From: the human T2T-CHM13v2.0 reference genome, Homo sapiens
NCBI RefSeq assembly: GCF_009914755.1
Contig: NC_060928.1
Strand: one strand, 5' to 3'
Length of the DNA stretch: 64,000 nucleotides
In this document: positions 60,411 to 64,000 of the stretch, piece by piece
Layout of the letters: each line of letters starts with the position of its first letter
Numbering within the stretch: the first letter of the stretch is position 1
Made by a program: the position numbers and the translations under genes
Notes under the pieces: model-generated
What the model was told of the DNA's origin: nothing
Databases searched by the model: none
The model's input: only the letters and a program-made list of their open reading frames with translations

Positions 60411-61748
60411 TAAAGCAGAAAAAAGGTGAAAATGCATCTGGAGGAGAACAAAGATAAAACCATCACAATGCCAATGTGTCCTTCCAAATTATTCATTAAA
60501 AATTTGAACATGGTATTGACAAATGCTTTTCACAGAAGACCTCAATAGACCTTACAAATGCATTGGTCGACAGTTTTCTAATATGTTATTTAGCTACCTA
60601 TGACTCTACCAATAGATGCTTTCATCTAACCTACATTTTTCCATTCATAACAGTTCAGTGAAAAGTTTTCTAAAATTTGATGCTGTAATTAAGAAATTAC
60701 CTATCGTTTTCTGAACACAAATGACCATCACTGTATTATTTATAATAGCAAAATATTAGAAACACTGCAGGAATGAATACATTTTTATGGTAATCCATAC
60801 AATTAATTAGTTCATATGGCTCCTAATTTTCAAATGAAATGGGAAAATGCTCACATTTTAATTTAATGACAGAGTGGTAAGATACATAGTGAGACACAAC
60901 ATTAAGGAAATACAGGTTTCATATTTTATATTTAATATATAAATATTTTGAAATCCGAGAAAGAAATACACTAAAAATACTAATACTTATTTTCTTTGGA
61001 TAGTAAGATAACAGTGATTTTTATTTTCATGTTAAATTTTTATATATTTTCCAAATTTTCTACAGTGGATATATAAAGCGTCATTATCCAAAACAGACAA
61101 ATATTTAAAGTTTTTTTCCATTTTGTAATTTTCCTGGGAATTAAAATCAAGCTCACACTTTCCTCTATTTTGAAAATTTTGCCATTTGTTCATTGCCATT
61201 TAATATTCTCTGAGATGTTATAATAATCAGAGGGAGATTGGGATCTTTGCCATTAGCATAGTAGCTGGACTGTAATAACTATTTTATGAATATTTTTATC
61301 TTGAACTTTTTTCTGCAGCTATACTCAATGTATGTCTTCTTTTTCTATTGGATGCCAAGAAGAAACAGGATTTTATGACTATCTGGAGCAATGCATAGTA
61401 CCTATGTCAGAACCAATAAAAAAGATAAGTTCTATATCACAGGATAGGAAAGCAAGGGAAAAATATATCTCAAACATTGGTGACTCTTCTGTTACATCAT
61501 TATGAGACTAAGGAAGCTATCCTACAGCTATATCTATGTTGACACTGACCATTTGTTTATAGCCTTTAAACTCTTGCTAGCAGTAAAAATCATGTTACAA
61601 GGTGACATTTAAGCCACCCGTAATGCTTAAATGGATAGTACAGGTGCTAGAATGTCTCTAACAATGCAGTGGATAGGCTTTTCCTGCAAGAGATCTAGAA
61701 TACGAATGTGAGAACATCACCTACCGACACCATGTCCACTAGAAGCAT

Positions 61749-62282
61749 TGTGATAGAATAATAAAGATGATCACAGAGTCTTTGATTCTCCTCCCATTGA
61801 GAAGTGGAGTCTCTGTTCCTCCTCGTGATCTGAGTGGACTGTGTTACTTCTTGACCAATAGTATATGACAGAAGTGACATTATGCTGGTTTCCCAGTCCA
61901 AGCATTAAGAGGCTGGTAACTAATACTTCTTGTCTCCTGGAACACTCACTCTTGGAAGCCAGCTGCCAAGCTGTGAGAAACCAAGCCCCATGAAGAGTTC
62001 ATGCATATGTGTTCCAGTTGACAGCCTTAGCTATGCTCCCAGCCAATCACAAGCATCCACTGCAACCATGTGAGTGAGTCCTTTTAGCCTGGTCATGTCT
62101 TTAGATGACTCTAGCTTCAGACACTATCTGACTCCAATTACATGAAAGATCCTAAGCCAGATGCATCCAGATGAACTCAGTCAACCCACAGAACCATAAG
62201 ACATAATAATAAATTGTTGCTTTAATCTATTAAATTTGTGATTGGATTGTTCAATGTTTTTTTTTTTTAAAAAACTGGAACA
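61749..62282 (+). mobile_element. MLT1G/H-like MaLR solo LTR
   Basis: It runs tg...ca and contains ctcctcccattgagaagtggagtct, ttgaccaatag...cagaagtgac and aataaattgttgc...aactggaaca. Confidence 0.75.
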
Positions 62283-62950
62283 TTAACCATTGTTAGCTGG
62301 TACTGTTGTATTTGAAACAAAATTTGAAAATAATTGCAGGAAATAGATGGTTGCATAAGATCTCTGTATAATGTTGCATAAGACCAATAGTGAGGAGAGC
62401 TTACTATACATGACACCTTTCAGAATCATATACGGACATCGTGATTCAAAGAAACCAAGAAAAAATAAAAAGAAAGCTCAAGGTAGCACTTAGCACTGCA
62501 CATTTGGAGTTGATGAGATGCCATTATGAGTATGGCACTTTACTGTTTATGACAACCCTGGGGAATATGAATTATTATTATCTTCATTCTTTCTTTCCCC
62601 CTCCCTTCCTTTCTATCTCTCTCCCTTCCTCCCTCCCTTCCTCCCTTTTTTCTTTCCCTCCTTCCGATTTCCAAGTTGCTTTCACTGTGCTCCACTCCAC
62701 CACACCTCAGCAGGAGCCTGTCTCATGTCCGCAGTCTCCCCATGCCATTCATAGTATGTGACATACAAAAGGATGCTGCTCAAGCAGGTATCCCTGTGAT
62801 GTCAGGTGAGCCATCTCTGAAGTGAGAGGCTAGCTCCTGCAGGATTTCATCCTCAGAAGTCCTGATGTGCTGCCTTAATCATCTTTGTTATTCTCTCGGA
62901 TCAGAAATCATCAATGGCCTGTTTTTTAAGGAACAATGTATTACACATAC

Positions 62951-62976
62951 GTGTGTGTGTGTGTGTGTGTGTGTGT
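62951..62976 (+). repeat. (GT)13 microsatellite 74 nt upstream of the exon acceptor
   Basis: Read directly from the sequence. Confidence 0.95.
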
Positions 62977-63050
62977 ATTTTTAAAGCCTACCAAAACAGA
63001 TATGTACACCTTTGTTATGCTGAAGGACAAACAACTCTTTTTGTTTTCAG

Positions 63051-63176
63051 GTATTCCAAAGTTGATTACGTCTGATATGGTTAAAGAAGGTGCTGCTGTA
63101 ATTGATGTGGGTATCAACTATGTCCACGATCCAGTGACAGGAAAGACAAAATTAGTTGGAGATGTGGACTTCGAAG
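63051..63176 (+). CDS. MTHFD2L: MTHFD2L internal coding exon (126 nt, phase 1-1; probably exon 7)
   Basis: The acceptor is ctttttgttttcag| and the donor is GAAG|gtaata. It translates (G)[41 protein letters not shown], with the FolD motifs VIDVGIN and GDVDF. It joins in frame with the 6926-7018 exon (G|GT = Gly). Confidence 0.97.
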
Positions 63177-64000
63177 GTAATAAACCAATATCTTTTGATA
63201 GGTGAAGAAGATAAAAAAATTCCACCTTACGTATTTTAAAAATAGAGAAGTTTCATTTATGGAGGAATTATTAACTTATTAATCATCACCTCTTTCTTCT
63301 GAGGGAAAAGATTTTAATCAGACTTAAATATTTACTTTCTCCCTTCCTCTCTCTTTCCCTCCCTTTCATCCTTCCTTTCTTCCTTTTCTCCCTCTCTTCT
63401 AATTGTATCATTAATATTTGGTTTAGGGATCAAATTTCTTATAGTACAGTTTTTATTGATAGAATACAGCTGGCCTTTTATAGACCTGGGCATAGTTTTG
63501 AATTTTGGGAGTTGACATCTTACTCTACGCTTAGTCAAATATGCTCTATGCTCAGCCATTCACTCTTAGAGCCAGAAGGCACCTTAGGGTGTGTCTGCCA
63601 ACCCTAACTACATTTCAGATCTAGGTAGTTATCTAGATAGTTGAAGTCAGTGTTTTTCACTTGTGTTTTAGAGAGAATAAAGAAAAGGAACTAAGCTAAA
63701 GTTTTTGTGGTCGATGAAAGATACAAGGCAACAAATATGTAGTAGTAAAAAAAAAATTCTAACCCAGTCTTCTCTTTACAATAGGGGAAACTGGGCCCCA
63801 GTACTTCTAGATGCCTGACCCTCTAATCTGATTTTACTTCCGTTATCTTTGTCATATATTTACCTGCATTCAGATTTTCAGTGTGCCTAGGAGTCTTAGA
63901 TGTCTATGAAGGCATGAATATAGTAAAGTTAAGTGGTGACATTTTTATGTTAGAAATATTTTTTGTATAAGAGTGATTATTCTGGCCAAAAAATACAGTG

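Noticed and set aside
62936-63205. 89-aa ORF as a stand-alone gene
   Set aside because: Only 63051-63176 is exonic, and the N-terminus is translated intron and (GT)n.

Overview
This is primate, most likely human, genomic DNA inside the + strand gene MTHFD2L (mitochondrial methylenetetrahydrofolate dehydrogenase/cyclohydrolase 2-like). Only two coding exons are visible: 6926-7018 (93 nt) and 63051-63176 (126 nt). Both are phase 1-1 and are separated by a 56,032-nt GT-AG intron. The rest is AT-rich intron dense in interspersed repeats: a 4.7-kb antisense L1PA3-like element with an 18-bp TSD nested with an AluY inside a Charlie1 DNA transposon, other L1PA/L1M pieces, Alus, MIR/L2, MaLR/ERVL LTRs, MER2/MER8/MER63 MITEs and microsatellites. 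There are no prokaryotic features, CRISPR arrays or RNA genes, and I cannot support a new biological system. The most worthwhile leads are a consensus CTCF site, a small orphan polyadenylated retro-insert inside a MIR, an 80-nt template-switch-type hairpin, recursive-splice/micro-exon-like motifs in the long intron, a (UG)13 tract upstream of the skippable 126-nt exon, and a dense ETS/RUNX/AP-1/FOX motif cluster. Repeat subfamily names and old-repeat boundaries come from recognition by eye and are approximate.
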